Counted from the stretch's first letter, positions 51,160 to 62,600 are shown. The stretch: 64,000 nucleotides of DNA from an uncultured Desulfatitalea sp. (GCA_963668675.2 CAXXMB010000002.1:1504001-1568000); one strand, 5' to 3'. The notes: generated by a model not told the origin, from the sequence alone. Numbers and translations are program-made.

Positions 51160-51909
51160 TCACTGCTGCCTCAGCTGATCGACCACAGGAAGCAAATCGA
51201 TCAGCGCTCCCGAATAATCCGCCTGGTGGGTCTGCCCCAGCCGCACCTTGCGTCCTTTGGCCACAGCACTGTAATCGATTGCACCCGCCTCGGTGGTCAA
51301 GTAGGTGGCCATGCCCACACTGCCGGCCACCATATCGTTAACCGTATCGTTGCCCACCATGATACACTCCTCGGGCCGCCGCCCAATCATATCACTGATC
51401 TGGCGGTAATACTCCCCTCGAGGCTTTACATAGGCCATGTTCTCCAGATGGGTAACCAGACGAAACCGCTCCTGGTCGAGATCGATCCACGCCATCCTCT
51501 TCTCCTGGGCGATCTCCGGAAAAAGCGGGTTGGTGGCCACCACCAACTCAATTCCCCAGGATTTCAACTGATCGAGAACCCGATCCAGCGACTTGGACGC
51601 CACCGCCTCCACTGGCACCTTCTCATACTCTTCTTCATAAAAACGCATAAATCGATCCCACACCGCCTGCCGGACCGACGCCGAATCCCCATCGCAAAAA
51701 AGATTTAGGAAAAGCTCCCGGTTGCTCATCTCACCATTGTTCTTGATCAACCCACGGATGCCCCTTAGCAGCCGATCGCGAAACTGATCATCCGGAACCA
51801 GATCGGCAAAAAAGGGCACGACGCGCTCCATGTAACTCAGGTAGAATTGCGTCTCGTCAAACAGGATCATCGTATTGTCCAAGTCCAGCAGGACCGCTTT
51901 AATCGTCAT
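51160..51909 (-). CDS. HAD-family hydrolase
   Basis: DLDNT, ATN, KP and GND..ND motifs. Confidence 0.9.
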   Translation of the reverse strand: MTIKAVLLDLDNTMILFDETQFYLSYMERVVPFFADLVPDDQFRDRLLRGIRGLIKNNGEMSNRELFLNLFCDGDSASVRQAVWDRFMRFYEEEYEKVPVEAVASKSLDRVLDQLKSWGIELVVATNPLFPEIAQEKRMAWIDLDQERFRLVTHLENMAYVKPRGEYYRQISDMIGRRPEECIMVGNDTVNDMVAGSVGMATYLTTEAGAIDYSAVAKGRKVRLGQTHQADYSGALIDLLPVVDQLRQQ

Positions 51910-52871
51910 CGTTGGTCATTTCCTTTCAGTCCGGATCTACCCTTGTGTTTCGAGATTCCGGGCGATGGCCACTGGCGTGCAGGCAGAGAGGTCAGGGCAA
52001 TACCGCTGAAAATCAGGGCCATACCAAAAAAATGGTAAAGCTGGAGCCGTTCGCCCAATAAACCGGCAGCCATCAAAATCGAGAAGACCGGCATCAGGTG
52101 AAAGAAGATACCGGCCCGGTTGGCACCGACCAGTTCCACCCCCCGATTCCAAAAAATATAGGACAGCACCGACGGAAACACGCAAACATAGGCAATACTG
52201 GCCAAACTCGGACCGGAAAGGGCGAATCCGCCCCGCACAGAGAGCTCCCACAGGTAAAAGGGCAGCAGAAAACACAACCCGAAGACGATCAGCCCGGTCA
52301 AAAACACCAGGGGATCTAACTGCATGGGGCGCCGCCGCAGCATCACCGAATAGAGGGCCCAGGAGATACCGGCGCCAAGGGTCCACAAATCTCCGCTGGA
52401 AAAAGCCAGATCCCGGATCACCGCCCAGTTGCCCTTTGTCAGCAAAAATACCAACCCGACCACCGAAATCAACACACCGATGATCTGCCGGCCGGCCATG
52501 CGCACGCCAAAAATAAGCCATGCCGCCAGGCCGATAAAAACAGGCACCATGGCATTGACCAACACCGTGTTTGTCGTGGTGGTCACCTGCAGGGCCGTAT
52601 AGATAAAAGCATTGAAGATGGTAATCGATGGTATACTCATCAATGCCAATGTCAGCCAATGGCGACGTACAAGCGGCCATTGCCGGATCAATCGCGGCAT
52701 CGCAAAAGGCAGCAACACCACCAGCGCCCCGACCCAACGCCAGAAGTTGAGGCTCACCGGTGGAATCAGCTCTCGGATGCCCCTGCCCAGAACGAAGTTG
52801 CCCGACCAGAACAGGACCGTCAGGGTCAGCAACAGATAGGGCAGCCACGCCGCTTGTCGATTTTGCGCCAT
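51906..52871 (-). CDS. DMT/EamA-family transporter
   Basis: Ten TM segments in two EamA repeats (FWSGNFV..RW; LLGE). Confidence 0.9.
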   Translation of the reverse strand: MAQNRQAAWLPYLLLTLTVLFWSGNFVLGRGIRELIPPVSLNFWRWVGALVVLLPFAMPRLIRQWPLVRRHWLTLALMSIPSITIFNAFIYTALQVTTTTNTVLVNAMVPVFIGLAAWLIFGVRMAGRQIIGVLISVVGLVFLLTKGNWAVIRDLAFSSGDLWTLGAGISWALYSVMLRRRPMQLDPLVFLTGLIVFGLCFLLPFYLWELSVRGGFALSGPSLASIAYVCVFPSVLSYIFWNRGVELVGANRAGIFFHLMPVFSILMAAGLLGERLQLYHFFGMALIFSGIALTSLPARQWPSPGISKHKGRSGLKGNDQR

Positions 52872-53091
52872 TTTCGGACCACCTCGAAGAGCGATTCTCC
52901 GCCCTTGCCCCAATTCAACACAAGAGTGTAAATGTACCATTATCGAATGAGATCGACAAGGACGAGAGTGGCTTCATTGCAACCCGTCCACCCCCCCATT
53001 TCCAGTCGCAGACCCCTGCCAGGGGAAAATACCAGAAATCAGGAACGAAAACCGGTTTCAATCTTGATCCGTATTTGGTAATCACACCATC

Positions 53092-53670
53092 ATGATGATC
53101 AAATCAGCAGAATTCGTCACCAGTGCGGTTAAGCCCGATCAGTATCCGCCTGCCGAACACCCGGAGATCGCCTTTGCAGGCCGGTCCAACGTGGGAAAAT
53201 CCTCGCTGATCAACAAACTGATCCGACGCAGACGACTGGTCAAAACCTCTTCGACGCCCGGCCGCACCCAGTTGATCAACTTTTTCATCATCAACAGCGA
53301 CTTGATGATGGTGGACCTGCCAGGCTATGGTTATGCCAAAGTGCCTGCGGCCGTGAAGAAGAAGTGGGGCCCCATGGTCGAAACCTATCTTTCGCATCGC
53401 GACACGTTAAAAGCCGTGGTTGTGCTCATGGATCTGCGCCGCACGCCCAAAGTCGAAGAGTTCAACCTCCTCGATTGGCTGCGGAACTACAGCATCACAG
53501 CCATCCCCGTATTGACCAAGTGTGACAAATTGTCCAAAACAAAGCAGAAAAAGCAACTCAACGCTGCCGCCCTGGCCCTCTCTCTCCCGGAGGAACAACT
53601 GACCCTGTTCTCTGCCAAAACCGGTATGGGACGCGATGCCCTATGGCACCGCATCAAGGCCTGCCTGTAG
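53092..53670 (+). CDS. yihA: Ribosome biogenesis GTPase YihA/YsxC (EngB)
   Basis: GRSNVGKSS, DLPGYG and TKCD motifs. Confidence 0.95.
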   Translation: MMIKSAEFVTSAVKPDQYPPAEHPEIAFAGRSNVGKSSLINKLIRRRRLVKTSSTPGRTQLINFFIINSDLMMVDLPGYGYAKVPAAVKKKWGPMVETYLSHRDTLKAVVVLMDLRRTPKVEEFNLLDWLRNYSITAIPVLTKCDKLSKTKQKKQLNAAALALSLPEEQLTLFSAKTGMGRDALWHRIKACL

Positions 53671-53677
53671 GAAAATC

Positions 53678-54592
53678 ATGAATATCACCCGACAACCCAA
53701 TGACTTTAACAATTTCAAATCCGGCTTTGTGGCCATCGTGGGAGCACCCAACGCAGGCAAATCGACCCTGCTCAACCGCATGCTGGGACAAAAGATCGCC
53801 ATCACCAGTAAAAAGCCGCAAACCACACGCAACCGCATCCTGGGCGTTCTGGACCGCCCCCATGCCCAGATGATCTTTCTAGACACGCCGGGCATCCACC
53901 GCGCCGAAAAACTGCTCAATGTGCGCATCGTCGAAACGGCCCTCGCAGCATTATCCGACGCCGACGTGGCCCTGGTGATGCTCGACGCCGCCACCCCCAA
54001 CAGCGACGCCGAGAACTACCTCATCCAAAAACTCAAAGAGGTCACCACCCCCACCCTGCTGGCCCTGAACAAAATCGACCTGATCCCCAAACCCGAACTG
54101 CTGCAAATCATCGATCGCTGGTCGCAGAACCACGCCTTTAAGGCAATCGTGCCCATCTCGGCCGCCAAAGGCGACCAGGTGGACACGCTGATCGACACCA
54201 TGACCGAGCTCCTGCCGACCGGCCCGCCCTTCTATCCTCCCGGCAGCCTGACCGACATGACCGAGCGCTTCATCGCCGGCGAGATGATCCGGGAAAAGGC
54301 CTTTCGTCTCACAGGTGAAGAGATCCCGTACGCCGTGGCCGTCACCATCGACACCTTCAAAGAGGAGAAAAACGGCCGCTTGATCAAAATCGAAGCGACC
54401 CTCCATGTGGAGCGCAACTCCCAGAAGGGCATCATCATCGGCAAAGGTGGAAGCAAGCTCAAGCAGATCGGCGAAGCAGCGCGCAAAGAGATCGAACGAA
54501 TGGTCGGCACCAAGGTCTTTTTAAAGCTGTTTGTGCGCGTCCAGAAAAATTGGAGCAGGGATGCGAAAGCGCTGCAACGCTTCGGCTACTGA
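53678..54592 (+). CDS. era: GTPase Era
   Basis: GAPNAGKST, DTPG, NKID and KH domain GIIIGKGG. Confidence 0.96.
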   Translation: MNITRQPNDFNNFKSGFVAIVGAPNAGKSTLLNRMLGQKIAITSKKPQTTRNRILGVLDRPHAQMIFLDTPGIHRAEKLLNVRIVETALAALSDADVALVMLDAATPNSDAENYLIQKLKEVTTPTLLALNKIDLIPKPELLQIIDRWSQNHAFKAIVPISAAKGDQVDTLIDTMTELLPTGPPFYPPGSLTDMTERFIAGEMIREKAFRLTGEEIPYAVAVTIDTFKEEKNGRLIKIEATLHVERNSQKGIIIGKGGSKLKQIGEAARKEIERMVGTKVFLKLFVRVQKNWSRDAKALQRFGY

Positions 54593-54736
54593 CATTCACG
54601 CCTGAGACGACGCTTCATGCCGCCATGCGGCGTATCTCACCTTATCGCAATCCTCGACGTAGCGATTCTACGCCTGCGGTTGCAATAAGGCTGCGGCCTT
54701 GCCTGACGGCATGAAGCGCCGTCTCAGGCGTAAATG
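54593..54736. repeat. ~144-bp palindromic intergenic element (REP/MITE-like)
   Basis: The end CATTCACGCCTGAGACGACGCTTCATGCCG pairs imperfectly with CGGCATGAAGCGCCGTCTCAGGCGTAAATG, with nested inner stems. Confidence 0.75.
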
Positions 54737-54812
54737 AACCTGTAATCCTTTTACCGGCAGCCTCAGTTCTATCCGGTTTTTGATTTTTTCAGTTATTCGA
54801 AGATAAGAACGA

Positions 54813-55015
54813 GGCGTGGTGGACGGGCGTAGGGAGGCCCCATGCATTCAGCGTATGGTTATACTGATGCTTAGATGCAGCGGAGGATCAGCGGCCCGGA
54901 CTGTTTGAGCGCAGCGAGTTTCCGGGACGCCCGTAGCGCATCTTAGTAGCGCATCTTAGCATCAGTTAAACCATTAAGCGTCGCATGGGGCCTCCCTACG
55001 CCCGTCCACCACGCC
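54813..55015. repeat. Structured ~200-bp repeat, copy 1
   Basis: Long perfect terminal inverted repeat with nested stems; homologous to 57851-58041. Confidence 0.85.
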
Positions 55016-55059
55016 GGCGCAACCCCCTTGAGTCGATTAAAAAACCATCAGCCAAAGAT

Positions 55060-55896
55060 ATGATTCTATCCTTTCACCCCATCATCGAAGCCGACGAAAA
55101 CATCATCTGCGCCGGACGCGAAGCCGGGCCCGAGGACCTGGCAGCCATCCAGCGGGCCGAAGCGGTCATTCTGCCCCAGGGGTGCCGGGAGTCCCTCTAC
55201 CGCATGGTCCGCAACAACTGCCCCCACATCTTCCCCAACCTGGACGTCTCTTTCGACTACCCGGGAAAACGTGGCCAGATCCGACTTTTTCGGAAACTGG
55301 ATGTAACCCATCCACCCACCGAACTCTACGAATCACTGGACCACTACCATCGCTCGACATCCACCATCTCCCTGCCGGCAGTGATCAAACTCGATTGGGG
55401 CGGCCAGGGCGATACCATATTCAAAGCAGGCACCCCCAAGGCGTTGGATGAAGCCTTGCAGCGCGTCTCCGCCTGTGAAAAGACCGGACAAACGGGCTTT
55501 CTCGTCCAGACCTTCATCCCCACCCGGCATCGCTCCTTAAGGGTGACCGTCATCGGCCAACGCCAATTTGCCTACTGGCGCGTCATGCCCAACCCGGACG
55601 ACTTCGGCGCCAGCGTGTCCGCCGGTGCGCGTATCGACCACGACGCCGATCCAACCCTGGTCAGCGCCGCACGGGAAGTGGTCCACACATTCTGCCAACG
55701 GACACAACTGCAACTGGCCGGATTCGATTTTATCTTTGACCGCCGCCAATTAGCGCTCGGACGCATCGAACCGCTCATGCTTGAGATCAACTATTTCTTT
55801 GGCCGCACCGGTTTGGGCGGATCGGAGGCCTACTATCGCATCCTGACCCGGGAGGTCGACGACTGGCTGGCAGGTCTGGGATTGCAGAGGGCTTGA
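55060..55896 (+). CDS. ATP-grasp (RimK/glutathione synthetase-like) protein
   Basis: PAVIKLDWGGQG, LVQTFIP, AGFD and LEIN motifs. Confidence 0.75.
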   Translation: MILSFHPIIEADENIICAGREAGPEDLAAIQRAEAVILPQGCRESLYRMVRNNCPHIFPNLDVSFDYPGKRGQIRLFRKLDVTHPPTELYESLDHYHRSTSTISLPAVIKLDWGGQGDTIFKAGTPKALDEALQRVSACEKTGQTGFLVQTFIPTRHRSLRVTVIGQRQFAYWRVMPNPDDFGASVSAGARIDHDADPTLVSAAREVVHTFCQRTQLQLAGFDFIFDRRQLALGRIEPLMLEINYFFGRTGLGGSEAYYRILTREVDDWLAGLGLQRA

Positions 55897-55960
55897 TTTT
55901 TCTGCCTATTTGGATAAACTCATCTCTTTGCACAGACGCAATATAGAGAGAACGTAGCCC

Positions 55961-56296
55961 ATGGCCAAATCGAAACGCATCAGCCCCTATGCATTCGACC
56001 TGGATGCCTCGGAAATAAACACCGAACGCGGCAAAGCCCGCGAACTGAGAGCATCACAGTGGTGGAAGCGCCGTTGCGCCAAAGGGCAATGCCACTGGTG
56101 CAGAAGCACCACCCCCGCCAGGGAATTGACCATGGACCATATCGTGCCCCTGGCCCGGGGCGGCAAAACCACCAAAGGCAACGTCGTTCCTGCATGCAAA
56201 ACGTGCAACACCAAAAAAAAGCAACTGCTGCCCATGGAGTGGGAAGCCTACCTGACTTCGATCCGCAACCCTGTAAACGGAGAGAGCGATGCCTGA
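55961..56296 (+). CDS. Small HNH endonuclease
   Basis: CHWC..MDHIVPLARGG..NVVPACKTCN. Confidence 0.88.
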   Translation: MAKSKRISPYAFDLDASEINTERGKARELRASQWWKRRCAKGQCHWCRSTTPARELTMDHIVPLARGGKTTKGNVVPACKTCNTKKKQLLPMEWEAYLTSIRNPVNGESDA

Positions 56297-57782
56297 CGAT
56301 GAAGCGCCAGCCGGTGTTTTGATCGTTGATGACGAACCGAGAATTCGAGACGCGCTGACACGCGTGCTGGACCCCATGGGACTCACCACATTAACTGCCG
56401 GCCGGGGGGATGAGGGGCTCGACATCCTGTCCCAAAAAAAAATCGACATCGTACTGCTAGACCTGAAACTGCCAGACATCAACGGCATGGAGGTGCTGCG
56501 CACCATCTGCGACCGACATCCCCACATCGTCGTGATCATCATCACCGGTTTCGGTTCGGTCCAGACCGCAGCCGAAGCCATGCGCAACGGCGCCTACGAC
56601 CTGCTGCCCAAACCCTTTGAACCCGACCAACTGCGCATCGCCATCAACCGGGCACTGGAAAAAATGCGCCTCGAACGCGCGGCACGGCGACTCCAGCAAG
56701 AGCGCCTGCGCACCCTCTCCGATCTCTCCCTGGAGAAGAGCCGCGTCCACACCATCATCAATGCGCTGCCCATCGGCGTCATGGTCACCGACCCTCATGG
56801 AGAGGTGGTGCTCCTCAACCCCGCCCTGTCCCGGTACATGGAGTTGCCGGCCGACACCACCACCGGCCAGCCTCTGGAGGCATACATTCAGGACGAAGGA
56901 TTGCGTCGGCTGATCATAGCGTTCTCGCAGGGTTGTCACATCGACGCCGAAGAGAGCCCCACCTATGAATTCAGCATCGGCGAAAACAAGTACCTGTTCG
57001 CCCGCGGCAAGCCAATACTGGGCGACAAGGGACAGTGTCTGGGCGCTGTCGTCACCATCGTGGACATCACCGCCATGAAAGCCCTTGACCGCCTCAAACG
57101 CGAATTCGTGGCCAAAGTCTCCCACGAACTCAGATCCCCCCTCTCCACCATCCATGAGCAGCTCGCCATGGTACTTACTGATTTGGTGGACCAACTATCG
57201 GCTGCCGACGCCCACCTGCTGTCGCGCGCCAAAGAGAAGACCCAGGGTCTGATCTCCCTCATCGGCGACCTGCTCGACCTCTCGCGCATCGAATCGGGTG
57301 TGGCCAGTGAACCCACCCAGGTCCAACTGGAAGATCTGATTGAAAACATCATCTCGTTCCTCAACACCAAAGCGGCCGGCAGACAACAAACCATCTCCCT
57401 GCACCGCCCTAAAAAAGCTTTGCCTGCCATTGAAGCCGACCCGCTGGCCCTGGAGAGCATCTTCAGCAACCTGATCACCAACGCCATCAACTACACCCCG
57501 GAAAAGGGAGCCATAGAGATCGTCTTGAACGCAAGAGATGCCTCCATCGAAGCCCAGGTGAAAGATAACGGATTCGGCATGGAGAGCCGTCACCTGGAGA
57601 AGATCTTCGAACGCTTCTACCGCGTGAAGACCGACAAAACGAGATATATCACCGGAACGGGGCTGGGGCTACCCATCGTCAAAGGACTCATAGAAGCCAT
57701 GGGCGGTCAAATTCAGGTGGCAAGCGCCCCAAATGAAGGCAGCACTTTTACTGTTCTCCTGCCGATCAAAGCCGAAAAATAG
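56289..57782 (+). CDS. REC-PAS-histidine kinase
   Basis: N-terminal receiver domain, SHELRSPL and GTGLGL. Confidence 0.9.
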   Translation: MPDDEAPAGVLIVDDEPRIRDALTRVLDPMGLTTLTAGRGDEGLDILSQKKIDIVLLDLKLPDINGMEVLRTICDRHPHIVVIIITGFGSVQTAAEAMRNGAYDLLPKPFEPDQLRIAINRALEKMRLERAARRLQQERLRTLSDLSLEKSRVHTIINALPIGVMVTDPHGEVVLLNPALSRYMELPADTTTGQPLEAYIQDEGLRRLIIAFSQGCHIDAEESPTYEFSIGENKYLFARGKPILGDKGQCLGAVVTIVDITAMKALDRLKREFVAKVSHELRSPLSTIHEQLAMVLTDLVDQLSAADAHLLSRAKEKTQGLISLIGDLLDLSRIESGVASEPTQVQLEDLIENIISFLNTKAAGRQQTISLHRPKKALPAIEADPLALESIFSNLITNAINYTPEKGAIEIVLNARDASIEAQVKDNGFGMESRHLEKIFERFYRVKTDKTRYITGTGLGLPIVKGLIEAMGGQIQVASAPNEGSTFTVLLPIKAEK

Positions 57783-57850
57783 GCCAAACACTCCAAACGT
57801 ATTCGTCGCACAAACCAGGGCCGCCCCACTCAATCACCCCCCCATAGAGC

Positions 57851-58041
57851 TGCATCGGTCAGGGTGCAGGGGGACCCCCATGCATTCAGCGTATGGTTTT
57901 ACTGCTGTTTAGGTGCAGTGTAGGAGCAGCGGTCCGCACTGTCTGAGCGTAGCGAGTTTGCGGACCGCCCGGAGCTGCATCTTAACGGCAGTTAAACCAT
58001 TAAGCGTCGCATGGGGGTCCCCCTGCACCCTGACCGATGCA
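57851..58041. repeat. Structured ~190-bp repeat, copy 2
   Basis: Same loops as copy 1, with different but self-complementary stems. Confidence 0.85.
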
Positions 58042-58091
58042 CCGGCGCGCTATCACCCGAACCTGCACCATCAATGTTTGTTCGATAACCG

Positions 58092-59648
58092 CTAAAGCTG
58101 GGATTCTATAGGCAGCAAACTCAGAAAGCCGATGCCAAACCGCCGCCAAAAGTTGCTATGCGGCTCGTGGGTGTATACGACCGGATTGCCGTTCTCCCGA
58201 CCGTGCCAGACAATGCGGTCGCGGCCACTCTTCCTCTTTCTGAGCGCCAAACGAAAAGCAGACTGCGCGATCGTCCTCTCAAAGGTCCGAGCCATCTCTT
58301 GGGCGATATCGGAAATATCGATCACCACCCCCACCTCGGTATTCTGGATCATGGCCCTATGGTCCAGATTCAGCGAGCCGATGAAGACCTCTTTGCGATC
58401 GAAGACAAATGATTTGGCATGCAGACTCGCCTTGGCCCTTCCCTCCCGGCCCTTTTTGGCCTTTCTCTGCTCGCGCGTCAGCATTCGGTTCATCTCGTAG
58501 AGTTCGACCCCAGCCCTCAGCAGCGCCTTACGATACTTGGCATAGCCTGCGTGCACCAGCCCCACATCGTTGGAGGCCAATGAGTTGGTCAAGATACGCA
58601 CCCGGACACCCCGCCCGGCCAGTTGGATCAGAAGTTTGGCCAACGGCTTACCGGGAACGAAATAGGGAGAGAAGATAATCACCTCCTCTTCCAACCCCTC
58701 CCAGTAGGGCTGAAGCTGTGATCCGAGGGTGAGTTCCGTCCGGCTGGTGTCCTGAAGTACTTTTTCTGGCTGATCATACACCAGCTGCGCATCGCCCCAA
58801 CCGAAATCGATCCGGTCCTCGAGAATCTGCTCCGCCACACTGGCCCGTCCCAGCACCTCAAGATAGGGAAAACCAGCCTTGCCGGAAACGTACTTTTCGA
58901 TCTGCAAGCGCATTCGCGCCACCTGGTCACGCGTTGGCGGCTTGCGCACCAGCACCCGCGCTGGATAAGCCAACTCACAGTTCCAGTACTGATCGAAAAG
59001 GGCGGAGACCTCACCCACCACAGGTCCGATGGCCATCACATCCAGGTCGGCGAAGACCAGATCGGGATTGGCATCGAAATACTCGTCACCGATATTGCGC
59101 CCACCCAGTATCGTCACTTGGTTGTCGACGGTGAATGTCTTGTTGTGCATGCGGCGTGTCACCGACCCCAGGCGGGTGACATACTGGGAAGTACGCCCCA
59201 CGTTGCGGCTGAACGGATTGAAGATCCGCACCTCGACATTGGGGTGGCCGTCCAGCGTGGCCACGCTCAAATCCCGGCCGTCCAAACCCATATCATCCAC
59301 CAGAAGGCGTACCCGCACCCCCCGGTCCGCCGCCTTGAGCAACTGATCGGTCATCAGCCGTCCGATCATGTCATCGTGGTAGAGGTAGTACTGAACATCG
59401 AGGCTGCGTTCGGCCAGATCGGCCAGACTCGCCCTGGCCGCAAAAGCGTCCAGCCCATTGCTCAACAGATGAAAACCCGATTTCCCGGGATGGGCAGACC
59501 TTGATGCGGCCCTAAGACCAGCAAGCGGAGTGTTTCCGGTATCGTTGAAGGCGCACGTTTGCGGGCGCTGGAAGTTCTCGGGCAGCGTGGCGCAGCCTGC
59601 GAGCAGCAACAGCAGCGCACATCCGATTTGGCCCCATCGACCCGGCAT
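58092..59648 (-). CDS. Phospholipase D-family lipoprotein (ClsC/YmdC-like)
   Basis: Two HKD motifs (HNKTFTVD, HAKSFVFD) and an LAGC lipobox. Confidence 0.9.
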   Translation of the reverse strand: MPGRWGQIGCALLLLLAGCATLPENFQRPQTCAFNDTGNTPLAGLRAASRSAHPGKSGFHLLSNGLDAFAARASLADLAERSLDVQYYLYHDDMIGRLMTDQLLKAADRGVRVRLLVDDMGLDGRDLSVATLDGHPNVEVRIFNPFSRNVGRTSQYVTRLGSVTRRMHNKTFTVDNQVTILGGRNIGDEYFDANPDLVFADLDVMAIGPVVGEVSALFDQYWNCELAYPARVLVRKPPTRDQVARMRLQIEKYVSGKAGFPYLEVLGRASVAEQILEDRIDFGWGDAQLVYDQPEKVLQDTSRTELTLGSQLQPYWEGLEEEVIIFSPYFVPGKPLAKLLIQLAGRGVRVRILTNSLASNDVGLVHAGYAKYRKALLRAGVELYEMNRMLTREQRKAKKGREGRAKASLHAKSFVFDRKEVFIGSLNLDHRAMIQNTEVGVVIDISDIAQEMARTFERTIAQSAFRLALRKRKSGRDRIVWHGRENGNPVVYTHEPHSNFWRRFGIGFLSLLPIESQL

Positions 59649-59656
59649 GCGCCCCC

Positions 59657-62600
59657 CTATATCTGTTCGCGCCCCACCGGGCCAGGCCTGCCTCGGAACC
59701 ACGCCCACAGCTTTCCGGCACTCCACTTCACATCTTCCATGATCAGATAGATCGAGGGCACCAGAGCAAGAGTGATCACGGTGGCGAAAAGCACCCCGAA
59801 CCCGAGAGAGATGGCCATGGGGATGAGAAAGCGGGCCTGGCGGGAGGTCTCGAAAATCATGGGCGCCAGCCCCCCGAAGGTGGTGAGGGTGGTGAGCATA
59901 ATCGGCCTGAAACGCATCTGGCCGGCCTGCAGGATCCCTTTGTAGGCGGTCATGCCGCTGCGCCGGTTGCGATTGGCCATATCGATGAGCACCAGCGAGT
60001 CGTTGATCACCACGCCGGTCAAGGCCACCACGCCGAACATGCTGATGATACTGAGGCTGTAACCCATGATCAGATGGCCGATCACGGCGCCGACGATGCC
60101 GAACGGGATCGAGATCATAATGATGGCCGGCTGGATGTAGCTGTTGAGCGGAATGGCCAGTATGGCAAAAATCACCAGCAGGATGGCCATCTCGCCTTTG
60201 ACGAGGGCCTGCATGCTTTCGCGCCGGTCGGCTTGCCGCCCTTCCAGGCTGTAGATCAGACCCGCATATTTGCGCTGCAGTTCGGGCAGGACGCTCCGCG
60301 TCACATCGGCGAGCACCAGCCCGGCCTTGCTGCGGGGCTGGGCGTCAGCCGATACGGTGATGATTCGCCGGCCGGCGCGCCGATCGATATCCGTATAGGC
60401 CCGTCCCCGTTTGATGTCGACGGCGGCCGACATCGGCAACTCACCGCCGGCCGGCGTGCGCAGCACCATCTCGTCGAGGTAGTACTCGGAGACGCGCTCC
60501 GACTTGGGCAGGCGCACCATCACCTTCACTTCGTTGCGCCCCCGCTGCTGCCGCAGCGCCTCAGCCCCGTAGAAAGCATGCCGCAGCTGTCCGGCAATGC
60601 CGCTGGCCTGAAGACCCAGGCTGCGCGCTTCGGGCCGCACCTGGAAATCGATCTGCTGCTTGCCGGGCGCAAAGCCGTCATCCACATCGACCACATTGGG
60701 GTAGTACGACATGGCCGCTGCCAGCTCGGCACTGGCCTTTTCCAATACCCGAATGTCCTGGTGGCTCAGCTCGATGGAGATGGCCGCCCCCCGTCCAGGG
60801 CCCCCAGCATCGGATTCGAACTTGAGCGACTCCAGGCCGGCCAGGGCGCCGACCCGCTCCCGCCACTTTCGGGTGTAATCCGTCGTGGAGATCGGCCGCC
60901 GCTCGGGCGGCGTCAGATAGACCCGCACCTCAGCGACATTGGCCCAGATCGCCGCATAAACCCCCTCGACCAGCTCCGCTCCGCCGCTCTCGGCGGCCAC
61001 CGCCCTGGCCGCCTCGACCAGGTGCCGCTCGACCGCATTGGTCTTCTCGAAGGCACTGCCGAACGGCAGGGTGGCGGTCACCATGGCATAGTCCGATTCG
61101 ATCTTGGGGAACAGCTCAAAACCCAACCGGCCACTGAGGATATATCCGATGGTGATGAGCAGCACAGCCATGCCGATCCCCAGAGAGACATAACGCCAAC
61201 GCAACACCAGGGCCAGAAACGGGCCGTAGACATTTTTAACAAACCGTATGAAGGCGGCGCTGAAGCGCTTCTGCAGCGACACCACTCCCCGGAAAATCCA
61301 GGGCGTAGCCCGCTGCTTGTGATGCCCGAGATGGGCCGGGAGGATAAAGAGGCTCTCCACCAAAGAGATGGCAAAAACGGAGATCACCACCACCGGCATC
61401 TGACGGAAAATCTTGCCCATGAATCCTGGAACGAAGAACAAGGGCATGAACGCCACCATATTGGTCAGCACGCTGAAGCCGATGGGCATGGAGATATCGC
61501 GGGCGCCATTCACCGCAGCGTGGAACCACGACTGCCCCTGTTGGCGCAGGGTGTAAACGTTCTCGCCCACCACGATGGCGTCATCCACCACGATACCCAA
61601 GGTGACGATAAAAGCGAACATGGAGACCATGTTGATACTCACATCGCCCAGGGGCAGCAGAAAAAGCGAGCCGAGAAAAGAGACGGGGATACCCAGGCTA
61701 ACCCAGAAGGCCAGACGGGGTTCCAGAAAAAAAGCCAGCAGGATGAACACCAGCACCAGCCCCAGGTAACCGTTTTTCATCAACATGCCCAGCCGTTGGC
61801 TGTAGATCTCGGAACGGTCGTTGCGCAGGTCCACCGAGAGACCGGGCGGCAGGATCTGATTCAGGTCGGCCACCACCTCCTTGACCGCCTTGGAGACCGT
61901 GATGGGCGTCTGGTCGCCGACCCGGTACACCGCGATCATCAGGGCCGACTCGCCGTTATAGGTGGTCTTGAAATCGGTCTCGACGAAGGCGTCTTTAATA
62001 TCGGCAATATCCTCGAGCAACACCTGGGTGCCGTCTTCGGCCGTCACGATGGGTATTTGCCCGAATTCACTGCCCACATCGCGCTGCTCTTTCATCCGCA
62101 GCAGGATGTCTCCTGAGGGCGACTTGATGGCGCCGCCGGGCAGGTCCACGCTGGCCGCCCGGATGCGCCGGGCCACCTCGTCGAGGGTGAGGTTGTAGGT
62201 ACGCAGGGTGCGCTGGGGGATTTCGATGGCGATCTCGAAATCGCGTGCCGATTCGAGCTCCACCTGGGTGATCTCGGGATGCTGCAACAGCCGGTCGCGG
62301 ATATTCTCGGCATAGGTGCGCAGGGTACGTTCATCCTGCTCGCCGTGAAGCGCCAGCGAGACCACATAGCGTTTGGGCGAAACAATGGTCACCGTCGGGT
62401 CCTCGGCCTCTTCCGGAAACGAGGAGATGCGATCCACCTCTGCCTGAATCTCCTGGGCCAGGCGCTGAATATTCTCCCCCTCACGCATCTCGACGGTCAC
62501 CGTGCCGATCCCTTCCCGACCGGAAGCGGTGACCTCCTCTATTCCCTCCAGGCCGCTGACCGCCTCCTCGATGGCCAGGATGATGCCGCGTTCGACCTCT

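Noticed and set aside
60074..62116. 680-aa plus-strand ORF and similar long shadow ORFs in the GC-rich half
   Set aside because: They are antisense or alternate-frame shadows of well-supported genes (here the RND permease) and carry no recognisable motifs.
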